From sequence record OR352939.1: a DNA stretch of 64,000 nt; one strand, written 5' to 3'. The position numbers and the translations under genes were made by a program. Numbering within the stretch: the stretch's first letter is position 1; the number at the start of each line of letters is the position of its first letter. Positions 18,186-27,616 of the stretch are shown piece by piece. Below the pieces are notes generated by a model. It saw only the letters and a program-made list of their open reading frames with translations. It was not told the DNA's origin and searched no databases. Source of the stretch: Escherichia phage AV109.

Positions 18186-18650
18186 TTAAGCTTTACGAGG
18201 AGACACATAGCGAGTGATTTCAGATTCTTTAACAACTCGGAAGTCACCTAAGAATACGATATTGTATAACTTTTCACCATCTTCAACCCATTGGTCACTA
18301 ATGAAGCCACACATGGTATCAGTTGTGCTTGGATAACCGTATTCGTCGATGTAATCAAATTCTTTATCGGTTATAAATTCAACGCCTTTGCAAAGGGCCC
18401 ATTTGAACTGTGTAGTAGGCTCAACGATATCGCTTGAAGCAAAGTGGGCACTTACACGAGTTTCCAAGAATTTAGGACTTACATAGGCGAACTGAGTTTC
18501 AGTTTTTCCAGAACTAGGAATGATTCGAACTTTAACTTCATTAATACGGCCCATGCCATTAGTACGAAGTCCTACTACTTCAACCAGCTTTCCTGCAGCT
18601 TTAGAACGAGACGCTGTCGATACACGTTTAATTTCACCAATATTAATCAT
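18186..18650 (-). CDS. Hypothetical protein, paralogue of 17757..18176
   Basis: Start placed at Met24 (MINIGEIKRVSTASRSKAAGKLVEVV); the track N-terminal extension would overlap the promoter. Confidence 0.5.
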   Translation of the reverse strand: MINIGEIKRVSTASRSKAAGKLVEVVGLRTNGMGRINEVKVRIIPSSGKTETQFAYVSPKFLETRVSAHFASSDIVEPTTQFKWALCKGVEFITDKEFDYIDEYGYPSTTDTMCGFISDQWVEDGEKLYNIVFLGDFRVVKESEITRYVSPRKA

Positions 18651-18680
18651 ATTTTTTCTCTCTTTGTTTAAATTGAATTC

Positions 18681-18709
18681 ATTATACTCCATCCATCCTT
18701 GGATGTACA
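18681..18709 (-). promoter_or_regulatory. Early promoter (minus: TGTACA -35, N17, TATAAT -10)
   Basis: attatactcc...ccatccttgg(a/t)tgtaca module, also at 61291..61319; a second copy of the -35 segment follows at 18721-18737. Confidence 0.45.
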
Positions 18710-18742
18710 ACATCTCCAACCATCCTTGGTTGTAAACTGGTT

Positions 18743-19420
18743 TTATCGCTGTTTTACACTTAACGGGTCAGGATTCTCAGGTACATCTTCAAGGCCAAGC
18801 GCATAACGCTGAGCATATTTTAACATCAAAATATCTTTAGCACAATCATGAATACTATCATGGGTAACGAATCCTTTTAGCGTACCCATCGGTAATGGAC
18901 ACATACTTAATCCTCGTGTCAACGAGTAAGCTTCGATTGCTGTACGAATATCGCGTTGTGCCCAGAATTTAACCGGTTCTAATTTATCGGTATCAATCTC
19001 TGGTTCAAGAACACCTTCATCACGATAGAGGTCACGAATCAAATCGACCAATATCGGGAAGTCAAAGCTCATACCACGGCACCACATCTGTGATTTCCAT
19101 TGGTCAACTTTATTAGCTCGGCAATAGTCTAAAAAGATTTTAATGCCTTCAAGCGTAGTGACATCGTCTTCAGACGGAGCCAAGTTTTTACGCGCTTCAG
19201 CCGATTGTTCTTTCCACCATTTCATAGTTGATTTAGCGAAAACTCGCTTCCCTTTCTGAGAAGCTAAATTAAATTTAATTCGCTTACCTCGTTGAACAAG
19301 TTCTTCAAATGATTCAACAACTTCAGGGTCGGAATTATATGCAATAACCGCAAGGTCAATAACAGCCGCTTTTGATGTATTGCCGAATGTTTCAAAATCT
19401 ATAATAACATCAGTGCTCAT
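18743..19420 (-). CDS. dexA: Exonuclease A (DEDDh 3'-5' exonuclease)
   Basis: 225 aa; N-terminal IIDFETFG motif; size and position before dda as T4 dexA. Confidence 0.8.
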   Translation of the reverse strand: MSTDVIIDFETFGNTSKAAVIDLAVIAYNSDPEVVESFEELVQRGKRIKFNLASQKGKRVFAKSTMKWWKEQSAEARKNLAPSEDDVTTLEGIKIFLDYCRANKVDQWKSQMWCRGMSFDFPILVDLIRDLYRDEGVLEPEIDTDKLEPVKFWAQRDIRTAIEAYSLTRGLSMCPLPMGTLKGFVTHDSIHDCAKDILMLKYAQRYALGLEDVPENPDPLSVKQR

Positions 19421-19429
19421 AATTTTCTC

Positions 19430-20743
19430 TCAAATAAAATGGACGTCAAAACGACCACGAGTTGTGCCGACATACAATAACTGTTTAGCTAGTTCTGAAT
19501 CGGCATAATGGATACACGGTGTATAAACAAAGGCAGTGTCAACAGACATACCCTGGGCCTTATGGAAGGTTGATACTGGTAGTGCCTTCACCTTAGTGAA
19601 CATACGTTTAGCATCCCAGAATTCGCTCCATGGAGCTTTACCACCTTTATTCCAGAATTTGTATGTTTCTGCGGTCTTAGCCAAAAACAAATTGAATTTA
19701 TAAAGCTCTTCTTCAGAAGAAATAACCTTTATATCTTCGCGGATGTATTCTTCATCATCCCCATATGTTTCTACTGTAAGATTCCAGTATCGTATCATAT
19801 ATTCGCCTGAAACACCACGTGCTTTAACGAATGTAGACGTTTCTACAGCATCTCGAATACGAACGAATTGCCCATTATTGAAAAGCATTTCGGTCATATT
19901 TTTACCATCTAGCTTATATGTCTTAGTAAACGGCTCTTGTAGAACAATGACTTCGTCTTTAATAAATGGTTTTTCTGTTTCAAGAAGTTTTCGGCGAATA
20001 ATTGAATTTAACTTGTCCACCGACTTATTTGTGAATGCCATCATTCGATTTTCAAAAAGGTCTTCAGGAGTTTTAACGACATTAAAATAGTTCGTCATAT
20101 ACGATTTAAGGTCTGTATATCCATGAACACCATGTCCGTCAACTACTTTATCGTAAATCCATTTGCCATTACGAATATCAGTTGCAACATCAATAATTGG
20201 TGCATTGCTACGTTTAACTTCTGTAAGGTTGCATTGCACAAAGTCTTTGTGAGTGAAGAAAGGACTTAGATACGCGGTTGATTCGCCTAGGTCTACCGGA
20301 CGAATCTGGCATCGGTCGCCGATTCCAATTACTGTGCACCATTTAGGGATACTAGCTAACATTATTTTAAACAGAGAACGGTCGCACATTGACGCTTCAT
20401 CAAATAACAGTACACGACACAAGGCTAAGTCGGGAACCTTTTTCTGTTCAAACAATACGTTTTCTTCGTATGTAGTTGGGTTGATTTTAAGAATGCTATG
20501 AATAGTCGATGCTTCTTGACCGGCAAGTTTGCTTAGAACCTTTTTAGCGGCATGTGTTGGTGCTGCTAAAATAATACCTGATTCTCCAGAAGAAATAAGA
20601 GCTTCAACGATAAATCTAGTAAGGGTTGTTTTACCTGTACCGGCAGGCCCATTAATAGTTACGTGATGTTTCTTTTCTTTAATAGCTTTCATAACAACGT
20701 TGAAGGCGTTTTTCTGGCCTTCAGTCAAATCATCAAATGTCAT
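19430..20743 (-). CDS. dda: Dda DNA helicase (SF1B)
   Basis: 437 aa; Walker A INGPAGTGKTT; size as T4 Dda. Confidence 0.88.
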   Translation of the reverse strand: MTFDDLTEGQKNAFNVVMKAIKEKKHHVTINGPAGTGKTTLTRFIVEALISSGESGIILAAPTHAAKKVLSKLAGQEASTIHSILKINPTTYEENVLFEQKKVPDLALCRVLLFDEASMCDRSLFKIMLASIPKWCTVIGIGDRCQIRPVDLGESTAYLSPFFTHKDFVQCNLTEVKRSNAPIIDVATDIRNGKWIYDKVVDGHGVHGYTDLKSYMTNYFNVVKTPEDLFENRMMAFTNKSVDKLNSIIRRKLLETEKPFIKDEVIVLQEPFTKTYKLDGKNMTEMLFNNGQFVRIRDAVETSTFVKARGVSGEYMIRYWNLTVETYGDDEEYIREDIKVISSEEELYKFNLFLAKTAETYKFWNKGGKAPWSEFWDAKRMFTKVKALPVSTFHKAQGMSVDTAFVYTPCIHYADSELAKQLLYVGTTRGRFDVHFI

Positions 20744-21051
20744 CGTAAAGTCCCTGCAATTGGAATACTAACAATACGGCCTGTGTCCAGGATTCGTTGA
20801 TACAATCTTTGTGTCTCCGCATCTAGTTTAACGTGTTTCATTTCAAGCTTATTAAACCAGAACTTACGCGGAGTTTCGACCATTCTTAGAACTCCCATTT
20901 TTAAATCTGTTTTATACTGTGTTTTCAAAGTATCGAAAACTTTATCTGCAATATCCTTTCTAAAAAATACTGCAGGACGATGCTCATCAAGTGGAACCGG
21001 GACAGTAAATCCTTCCATATCTCGATAAACTATTGCATATACATAAACCAT
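20740..21051 (-). CDS. Hypothetical protein (dda.1 position)
   Basis: 103-aa ORF with start overlapping dda stop. Confidence 0.45.
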   Translation of the reverse strand: MVYVYAIVYRDMEGFTVPVPLDEHRPAVFFRKDIADKVFDTLKTQYKTDLKMGVLRMVETPRKFWFNKLEMKHVKLDAETQRLYQRILDTGRIVSIPIAGTLR

Positions 21052-21053
21052 AA

Positions 21054-21800
21054 TTAACCTTTAATCAGTTGGAATAATGATGCGCTAAGTGGTAAGCCAC
21101 GTTTCAATTTTAATTTACCAATGAAACCAATCTTTTCAAAACGTTGCAGACCTTGGATAACTTTATCATATGTATCGAAAAGCGATTCAGCGTCAGTTAA
21201 TTTAGTTTTAGTTTTCCAGTCAGAGCCTTTAAGAAGAACGTTGAGTTTAGTAAGTTCATGGCCTTCTGCTTGATGTGAGCCATTAATGCGTGCTTTCAAA
21301 GCAACAATTCTAAGTTTAGACTCATTAGATAAAGGTTGATTTTTCATCATGTTCGCCATATGCTTAACACGGTTTTCACGTTTTGCTCGGATTTTTAAAA
21401 TAGTACCATAAACCTTTTTAATTTGGGCCCATTTCTTCTCGTCGAGATTAAGTTTCTCTACTTTACGAGCAGAAGGATTAGCGATACGTCTTGCAATAGC
21501 ATCACGTTTCTCAATAAGTTCTTCTAATGTTAAATCAGAACGAGCCGTGTTATATTTTTTCTTAACTGGGATAACATTACCTTTAATGTAGCCTATATCA
21601 TTATTAAAACGTTCTAAGGATAATTTCTCACCTTCAACAGAGTTATTAAAAGATTCACCTGAGTAAGCGCAGACCTTTTGATCAAGAATGTTTTTAAGGT
21701 AATTAAAGTCTAAGTTAAAATCCTTAGAGCGTCTCTTCGCAGAAGCTCTGGTGTGGTCAAGACGACGATTGATTTTGTTAATTTTATTATTTGATAACAT
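21054..21800 (-). CDS. srd: Hypothetical basic protein; Srd-like by synteny
   Basis: 248 aa; position after dda.1 and size correspond to T4 srd; no motif confirmed. Confidence 0.3.
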   Translation of the reverse strand: MLSNNKINKINRRLDHTRASAKRRSKDFNLDFNYLKNILDQKVCAYSGESFNNSVEGEKLSLERFNNDIGYIKGNVIPVKKKYNTARSDLTLEELIEKRDAIARRIANPSARKVEKLNLDEKKWAQIKKVYGTILKIRAKRENRVKHMANMMKNQPLSNESKLRIVALKARINGSHQAEGHELTKLNVLLKGSDWKTKTKLTDAESLFDTYDKVIQGLQRFEKIGFIGKLKLKRGLPLSASLFQLIKG

Positions 21801-21849
21801 AATATTTTCCTCTGTCTTACGGACGTTAAGGTCATTTAGCTGATAAGCT

Positions 21850-21879
21850 TATAATATCATGCCCTCAGGTAGTGTACAC
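21850..21879 (-). promoter_or_regulatory. Putative early promoter
   Basis: tataat 21850-21855 then 18 nt then gtacac. Confidence 0.4.
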
Positions 21880-21953
21880 TCTTTTTTCATAAAATGCTTT
21901 AATTTTTTATGTGTTATAATGGTTCTGAGTTCCATCCGGTTATTCCAATTCAG

Positions 21954-22562
21954 TCAGTAACTGACAATAGACAGATTCCAGATTGTATAACGTCCATCTT
22001 GAATAATAGAATCTACACGCAGTGTAGTCCCTATAGGGAGCATAAATTCACATTCGTCAGATATAAGTCTAGCATTAGACCGTCTTGTCGCTTCAGGGAA
22101 AGCTCCATTGAACTCACAAGATGGCGCAGCCAGAATCATGTTAAGCATATGTTCACGGAAGTTGAAAGCAAATGGTGCATCTTTGATGCAGAACATATTA
22201 AATGTTCCGTAAAAATTATACGAAGCAAAGTTACGTGCTACACCGAACACTGGACTGAAGCTCATTACTCTGTCAAATTTAATAATACTACCAATGCCTT
22301 TATCATCAAGTGTGGCCATAGTTTTCTTAGAGATTCCACGATACATTGTCTCAGGAACAGAAGACGTCCAATTTCTACGAACGATTGAACTTAACTCCTG
22401 TTGAATACAGTCTGGCTTGTTTTCCATACACTGCCAAAGGATGCTTTGTTCATTATCGTTGAATTGACTATCAATTTCGTACTGCAATACATCTTGATAT
22501 TCGGGGTTTTGAGCACGACGAACCATTTCTTCAATTTCACACTCGTTATACGGCATAAACAT
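21954..22562 (-). CDS. modA: ADP-ribosyltransferase ModA-like
   Basis: 202 aa; paralogous to the adjacent ORF; R...S-x-S...E arrangement (YRGIS, SFSP) typical of R-S-E ADP-ribosyltransferases; position after srd as in T4. Confidence 0.6.
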   Translation of the reverse strand: MFMPYNECEIEEMVRRAQNPEYQDVLQYEIDSQFNDNEQSILWQCMENKPDCIQQELSSIVRRNWTSSVPETMYRGISKKTMATLDDKGIGSIIKFDRVMSFSPVFGVARNFASYNFYGTFNMFCIKDAPFAFNFREHMLNMILAAPSCEFNGAFPEATRRSNARLISDECEFMLPIGTTLRVDSIIQDGRYTIWNLSIVSY

Positions 22563-22589
22563 TTAGGTTTCTCCTGTGGTTGATAAAGG

Positions 22590-22620
22590 TATAGTATCAT
22601 CATCGGAAGAGTTTGTACAC
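22590..22620 (-). promoter_or_regulatory. Putative early promoter
   Basis: GGTATAGTATCAT module followed by tgtaca. Confidence 0.35.
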
Positions 22621-23201
22621 TAAAAATTCAACATTTTCAAATGAATGATTTTGTATAATCGAGATAAAGGGTCATACTCTAACTCTTCAATTTTCACAAT
22701 CTCAAATCTAGAGATACCTGAAACCATGTACTCTTGTTCAGATTCAATCATATCTAGGACATCAACACGCGTTTCTTCCATAACATGCTTAGGGTTCTTT
22801 CCGGCGAGTACAATGTTAACCATGTTTTGGTAGTAATCAAAAATGAATGGAGCATTCCTGAGACTAAGAATAGTGTACGTCTGATACTCCCAACTCCCAG
22901 AGAATTGACGAGCTGTACTGAAATCAGTTGTGAACGATGTTACTCGTCCAGGAGACCAATGGCATCCAACAGAAAGAAGTGAAAGACGTTCTACTTCTTC
23001 TGGAGTTACACCACGGTAGAGTTCTACCGGTACTGTAGAAGTCATATGCTTACGAACAAGATGGTCTAATTCATAGTGGAAATCCGGGTCTTCCTTAGAA
23101 TCAGTGCAAGCCCAGAGAATGTTTTGTTCTTGGCGGGTGAATTTGCTATCAATCAGATTTGTTAGGTATTCGCGTTCTTGAAGTTCAGATTGACATGTCA
23201 T
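22620..23201 (-). CDS. modB: ADP-ribosyltransferase ModB-like
   Basis: 193 aa; paralogue of 21954..22562 (ILW.C...K.D....EL...VR...TS.VP...YRG). Confidence 0.6.
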   Translation of the reverse strand: MTCQSELQEREYLTNLIDSKFTRQEQNILWACTDSKEDPDFHYELDHLVRKHMTSTVPVELYRGVTPEEVERLSLLSVGCHWSPGRVTSFTTDFSTARQFSGSWEYQTYTILSLRNAPFIFDYYQNMVNIVLAGKNPKHVMEETRVDVLDMIESEQEYMVSGISRFEIVKIEELEYDPLSRLYKIIHLKMLNF

Positions 23202-23228
23202 GATAGACCTCCGTTTAAAGATAAGCCT

Positions 23229-23257
23229 ATCATAACACGAGAGGAGGGAATGTAAAC
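23229..23257 (-). promoter_or_regulatory. Putative early promoter (GTTTAC -35, TATGAT -10)
   Basis: gtaaac 23252-23257; GGAGG RBS and ATG of modB-like gene downstream. Confidence 0.4.
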
Positions 23258-23417
23258 TACTTTTTAAGCTTTCCTACTAAAGGACCATCAGGACCAGGTT
23301 GTTCTAACATGAATAAGGATGCTTTAAAAAGCAATGTCAACCCTTTCACCATTCGATACCATGTCTCAAAGTCTTTTTCCTTGATTTCTAGTAAGAATTT
23401 CTCTTTCAATTTATCTT

Positions 23418-23606
23418 TCATTTCCAAGGACTCCATGGTGGAGGGTCGTCATAATAAGAGGCAAGGTCTTTCAGGGCTTCAACAGGTAAACTAAAGCCAT
23501 GTCGTTGTATAATACTATCTAGTTCATCAACAAGTTCACTACGATGCACTTTAGGAGCCTCAACTTCAGGCTCGTCAAACATACTCATAAGGTCCATATT
23601 ATTCAC
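23418..23606 (-). CDS. Hypothetical protein
   Basis: 62-aa acidic ORF. Confidence 0.35.
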   Translation of the reverse strand: MNNMDLMSMFDEPEVEAPKVHRSELVDELDSIIQRHGFSLPVEALKDLASYYDDPPPWSPWK

Positions 23607-24063
23607 CTAAATAAAAACTAGGCTGCTCGGAGAATGTTTCTAGCGCTACACCTTTTGTCTTAAAAAATTTCCAAATAGCTCGTTGCAAATGGATTAAATC
23701 TGCTAATGATGTAATAAAGTATTTTTTGGCAAAATACTTATGGTCTCGCTTTTCAAACAAGTCTAAACGCTTTTCAGGATTCACATAAACTGCATTTTCC
23801 GTAGATTCATAACCTAAGTCCTTTATGCCTTCTTCAAGACTAAACGGAGAATTTTTAGAACGAGTAATAGCTCCAACTCGCTCTACACGAATTTTGTAAC
23901 CTTTAGGAATCTGCAATTTGCAGAATTCTTCTACGATATATTGCGGATTATTTAGACTTTTGTTAATGAGAATAGCTATTTCTAGTGGAGTCTTATCTTC
24001 TACTGGTATATGTTTAAACGACTTGGCTTCAAGCAAATACATTTTAAATAACATAGCATCCAT
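23599..24063 (-). CDS. Hypothetical protein
   Basis: 154-aa ORF. Confidence 0.45.
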   Translation of the reverse strand: MDAMLFKMYLLEAKSFKHIPVEDKTPLEIAILINKSLNNPQYIVEEFCKLQIPKGYKIRVERVGAITRSKNSPFSLEEGIKDLGYESTENAVYVNPEKRLDLFEKRDHKYFAKKYFITSLADLIHLQRAIWKFFKTKGVALETFSEQPSFYLGE

Positions 24064-24269
24064 TATAATTTCCTCGGTGGTTCACCCATATAAAGTTTTA
24101 CGATACGTTCGCCTTCATCTTCGACGAGCTTCTCTTCGTGTTTCTGGAATTCTTTAGCCATATTCTCTTCAAGAACATCCAGCCAATCTTCCGGACCGAC
24201 ACCATCGTCCCAGCTTTTAAACCATCTTACCACTCTGTTCATTCGCAGCTCCCTGAGCTTGAACCACAA
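24063..24269 (-). CDS. Hypothetical protein
   Basis: 68-aa ORF; start overlaps upstream stop. Confidence 0.4.
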   Translation of the reverse strand: MWFKLRELRMNRVVRWFKSWDDGVGPEDWLDVLEENMAKEFQKHEEKLVEDEGERIVKLYMGEPPRKL

Positions 24270-24439
24270 TCAGAATAACTTGACCCAGAATCACCAGACC
24301 AAGACGGTACGTATGAATGATTATAACTTGAAGAGCTTGAAGCATTAACCTGTTTTGTTTTTGGACGAACAACTTCTTCCATCATCCCGTCACAGATATA
24401 TTCCCAACTTTTTTCGTGTGTATCAGGAATAGGCATCAT
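24239..24439 (-). CDS. Hypothetical protein with Ser/Gly/Cys-rich C-terminus
   Basis: Start placed at MMPIPDTH to avoid a 110-nt overlap with the upstream ORF; tail ASSSSSYNHSYVPSWSGDSGSSYSDCGSSSGSCE. Confidence 0.35.
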   Translation of the reverse strand: MMPIPDTHEKSWEYICDGMMEEVVRPKTKQVNASSSSSYNHSYVPSWSGDSGSSYSDCGSSSGSCE

Positions 24440-24452
24440 ACCTTCGCCTGGT

Positions 24453-24680
24453 TTAACAGCAAATAACTTCTTCAGCGTCGTAAGCATTAATTGTTCCTCG
24501 AACAAAACGAACACCACCATCGCCCAAACGGATTTCGGCATTAAATTTGACGTCTTCACCATCCATCATGAATGAGTGTACGACTACATCATCGTAATAT
24601 CCAAGACCGTATTTCAACGAAACTTCTTGAGCAATCAAAGCACCTAATGTGTTATTAGGTTTAATCCAACGATTTAACAT
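24453..24680 (-). CDS. Hypothetical protein
   Basis: Start at internal Met (MLNRWIKPNN) preceded by AGAGGAGAA RBS and an early promoter; the track N-terminal extension runs through the promoter. Confidence 0.4.
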   Translation of the reverse strand: MLNRWIKPNNTLGALIAQEVSLKYGLGYYDDVVVHSFMMDGEDVKFNAEIRLGDGGVRFVRGTINAYDAEEVICC

Positions 24681-24708
24681 ATTGTTCTCCTCTTGAGTAA
24701 GTAAGAAT

Positions 24709-24738
24709 ATCTTAACACAGTTTTTAGTGGTTGTAAAC
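24709..24738 (-). promoter_or_regulatory. Putative early promoter (GTTTAC -35)
   Basis: gtaaac 24733-24738; -10 TAAGAT-like. Confidence 0.35.
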
Positions 24739-24752
24739 TGTAGAAACAAAAA

Positions 24753-24774
24753 AAGGAATCCCGAAGGATTCCTT
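24753..24774 (-). terminator. Hairpin after soc (9-bp stem, UUCG loop)
   Basis: aaggaatcc cgaa ggattcctt directly after soc stop. Confidence 0.45.
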
Positions 24775-24781
24775 AAATTAT

Positions 24782-25018
24782 TTAACCACTTACTGATGTA
24801 GGGGTAAACATTGCAGCGTTCTTAGTTTTCCAAGTTGCTGCATCAGAAACGACATCAGAATAAGCTGCCTTTTCTGACGGAAAGATTTGGTAATGAGAAT
24901 CTGCAATCCGATGTTCGTTTGAATAAATCTCAAACGGTACAGAAACTTCCATACCTTTGACTTCTTTGCCTTCACCAGCCGGACGTGTAAAGGTTTTGAT
25001 ATTAACGTAACCACCCAT
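24782..25018 (-). CDS. soc: Small outer capsid protein Soc
   Basis: 78 aa; matches recalled T4 Soc (GYVNIKTF, HYQ.FPSEKAAYS); AAGGAG RBS. Confidence 0.85.
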   Translation of the reverse strand: MGGYVNIKTFTRPAGEGKEVKGMEVSVPFEIYSNEHRIADSHYQIFPSEKAAYSDVVSDAATWKTKNAAMFTPTSVSG

Positions 25019-25049
25019 AATTAACTCCTTTGTTGTTTAATTACAGGTG

Positions 25050-25057
25050 TATTTATA
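25050..25057 (-). promoter_or_regulatory. T4 late promoter (TATAAATA) for soc
   Basis: Plus-strand tatttata is TATAAATA on minus strand, about 32 nt upstream of the soc ATG; soc is a late gene. Confidence 0.6.
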
Positions 25058-25063
25058 ACTTAA

Positions 25064-25585
25064 TCAGTAACCATTATCCTGACGTTCAAAGTTGTGTTGG
25101 TTTTTCAAGTAGTAAAGTTTAAAGATTTCTTCAGCGGAAAGACCCAAACCTTGGAACATATTCAGAACAAAGTGGAGAATATCAATCATCTCGAATTTAA
25201 TTTCAAGCTGGTCTTCAGGAGACAGTTCATCGATACGACGATTACGATATTCAGCATGTTGTGCTTTCCATGGCTTCCACACAGAGCTGGCAGCTTTTTC
25301 ACCGTTGGACATACCACCGAGTGAAGTCAGCAGTTCACGGAATTCATCATCAATATAATCTTTCTGATTACGCAGCCAATCAACAACATCACCGGCAGTA
25401 GCCAATTCATCAGGATGTTTGTTATGTTCAGGCTTGTCATTTGCCAGACGAACCTGTAAAGATTTCTGCATATCAAGCATTACCTGCAGTGGGTCTTTAT
25501 CTTCGTGAATCAGAGCATTAAAATAAGCTTCTTCTGCTTTATCAACACCAGAAATAAGTTGTGAACATTCGTTAAAGTGTGCCAT
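25064..25585 (-). CDS. 56: dCTPase/dCTP pyrophosphatase gp56
   Basis: Start at ATG 25585 (MAHFNEC) with AAGGAA RBS; 173 aa, close to T4 gp56 size; position between soc and 61. Confidence 0.8.
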   Translation of the reverse strand: MAHFNECSQLISGVDKAEEAYFNALIHEDKDPLQVMLDMQKSLQVRLANDKPEHNKHPDELATAGDVVDWLRNQKDYIDDEFRELLTSLGGMSNGEKAASSVWKPWKAQHAEYRNRRIDELSPEDQLEIKFEMIDILHFVLNMFQGLGLSAEEIFKLYYLKNQHNFERQDNGY

Positions 25586-25674
25586 TATTTTTCCTTTCAA
25601 TTCAGTATAAGAGAGTTAATTCTAACATTAATTTTATAAAGCGTAATAAATAATAAGGTAACTAAGGAGATATT

Positions 25675-25872
25675 ATGTTTAAACTTCCATCGTTAATCAA
25701 CGCTATTAAAGGCAATAAAAAGAAAACTGCTATCGCTGCAATAGTTGTAGGTGGCATTATTTCATGGAACTTCGGGATTGCACCATTGTTAGTTGCCAAT
25801 GGTATTATAGTTCCTTCTGTTCCATTGGATACTGTAGTTGATTTGGCCTTTGCTATTATAGGGCTTGTTTAA
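25675..25872 (+). CDS. Small hydrophobic protein (65 aa) on the plus strand
   Basis: ATG 25675 preceded by AAGGAG RBS (ctaaggagatattATG); two predicted hydrophobic segments; lies between gene 56 and gene 61, ending where gene 61 ends. Confidence 0.45.
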   Translation: MFKLPSLINAIKGNKKKTAIAAIVVGGIISWNFGIAPLLVANGIIVPSVPLDTVVDLAFAIIGLV

Positions 25873-26891
25873 ATCTTCGAATAACGAGATAATCTCATTT
25901 TAGCATGCAACCCACTTGAAATATTCTGTTTCATATATTCTAAAATTTCTTGTGGTGTTGCATTTTCTTTCATTACCATATCATTCACATCCTTTGAACT
26001 CCATGGAGCTCGGTCCCAGAACATGACACGTTCGCCTGCATCAACTAATCGCTTCATACGAGCTATAGTATCCGGATGCCTAGGTTCATTATCCATTACC
26101 CATACCCGGCGTTCTTTAAATGGTACCACATCTAAATCTATTGAGCCGCCTGTAATAGCGATTGCATTGGGTATGAATAAACTATCAATAGGACCTTCCA
26201 TTACCCAGACGTCCCCTTCCTTAACACGTTCAACACCATAAATTTTTGTTGCAGACTCAAACGCTTTAATAGTGATATATTTCTGAGGAGCATCTTTACG
26301 AAGTGCACGTCCTTGGAATGACTCGGCCTTCCCATCTTTATTAAAAATAGGAATCACTAAACGCGGTTCAGGAATCTCTTTCTTATACGTACCTGGTTGA
26401 ATCTTGTTGACCAATTTAGGCCATTCTAATGTGAACCATAATCTGTTCCATGATTCTTTAGGAATGCATCGAGACTTAACATATTTCACAATAGGATGCT
26501 CTTCAGGCAACTTGTCCAGACGAGAACAAGACGGCAAAGAATTTATAGTCTTTTTCTCTGGCTCCGGCTTAGCTTCAGGAACCTTTTCAATCTTTGGTTC
26601 CATTCTAGCTTTTTCTTTACGAACTTCCATTAGATATTCGCGATAAAGCTCTTCATCATACTCTTTTAAGTATCCGGAAATTGTATTGTGGTATTGACAG
26701 TTATAGCAATGTACATTACCAGGAGTACCGCCATAATACCAACCGCGAGCTTTCATTGCATCTGTCTGAGAGTCGCCACAAACTGGACATCGAAATGTTA
26801 ATTTAAATGTGCTTGAATTATTGATTTGTCTAAAACGAGGTAGGTGAGAAAACGCACGATAAGCAAATTCATTATCTATCCATTCAGCCAT
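25869..26891 (-). CDS. 61: DNA primase gp61
   Basis: 340 aa; N-terminal zinc ribbon (CPVCGDS...CYNCQYH) and TOPRIM region; size as T4 gp61. Confidence 0.88.
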   Translation of the reverse strand: MAEWIDNEFAYRAFSHLPRFRQINNSSTFKLTFRCPVCGDSQTDAMKARGWYYGGTPGNVHCYNCQYHNTISGYLKEYDEELYREYLMEVRKEKARMEPKIEKVPEAKPEPEKKTINSLPSCSRLDKLPEEHPIVKYVKSRCIPKESWNRLWFTLEWPKLVNKIQPGTYKKEIPEPRLVIPIFNKDGKAESFQGRALRKDAPQKYITIKAFESATKIYGVERVKEGDVWVMEGPIDSLFIPNAIAITGGSIDLDVVPFKERRVWVMDNEPRHPDTIARMKRLVDAGERVMFWDRAPWSSKDVNDMVMKENATPQEILEYMKQNISSGLHAKMRLSRYSKI

Positions 26892-26930
26892 AGTATTCTC
26901 CAGAGGCCTTAAATTAATAAGGCCATCTTA

Positions 26931-27425
26931 TCACAACTTATTAATATTTACTTTAATTCGCTTTCTTTTCTTGGAAGGAATTTGTTCGGGACCTTTATTT
27001 ACGACTGCACCTGTAGTTGTTCCTGATGCAATAGCTTGATGGCTGCCACCTGAATCACCAGCAACCATATCCTCAAATAAAGGGAGTTCTTTAAATATTT
27101 CTTTCTGTTGTTCTTCAGTAATGTTATAGCGTGAAGCTACAGCACTCCAAGCAGACATCATTGAGGCCATTCCATTAAGACCCGGAACAGTGCTCATCAT
27201 TCGCTTCATTGAACGAACTGAAGCATGAAAAGGTGTATAAGCCGCTTTCTCTTCAGGAGTAGAAGGACGTTTAAGAACACTTCCACGTTCATCGATGATT
27301 TTGGCTTCGTATGCTTTCCATTCGGTAAAAGGTTTTTGCATTAGTCGAATAAACTTATATGCATAAACAGAATCTATTGCAGTGTTAATAATACCCATAG
27401 GTACCTCCTGAGTATATTTAATCAA
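26931..27425 (-). CDS. Hypothetical protein (61.1 region)
   Basis: 164-aa ORF. Confidence 0.45.
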   Translation of the reverse strand: MIKYTQEVPMGIINTAIDSVYAYKFIRLMQKPFTEWKAYEAKIIDERGSVLKRPSTPEEKAAYTPFHASVRSMKRMMSTVPGLNGMASMMSAWSAVASRYNITEEQQKEIFKELPLFEDMVAGDSGGSHQAIASGTTTGAVVNKGPEQIPSKKRKRIKVNINKL

Positions 27426-27615
27426 TTACAAAGATTGCTTTGTCACCATTTATATCTGTGACTTCATATGTAGTGCCTTCATACTGTGGAATATTCCAAA
27501 TTACACCGTCATTAGCTTTTACGCTAATATGGCATTGGTGTTTTGAAACAACTTCATAATCTTCAAAACTTGTAAAAACACTAATTTTAGAACCAGTGCA
27601 AATTGCAGTAGTCAT
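27418..27615 (-). CDS. Hypothetical protein
   Basis: 65-aa ORF with coupled start/stop. Confidence 0.4.
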   Translation of the reverse strand: MTTAICTGSKISVFTSFEDYEVVSKHQCHISVKANDGVIWNIPQYEGTTYEVTDINGDKAIFVID

Positions 27616-27616
27616 T

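Noticed and set aside
18651-18719. N-terminal extensions in the six-frame track for several genes (18186..18719, 16888..17160, 24453..24749, 52830..53201, 54117..54419, 7600..7923, 11091..11321)
   Set aside because: The extensions run through conserved promoter or terminator elements or start at GTG/TTG; internal ATGs with good RBSs just downstream of those elements are more plausible starts.
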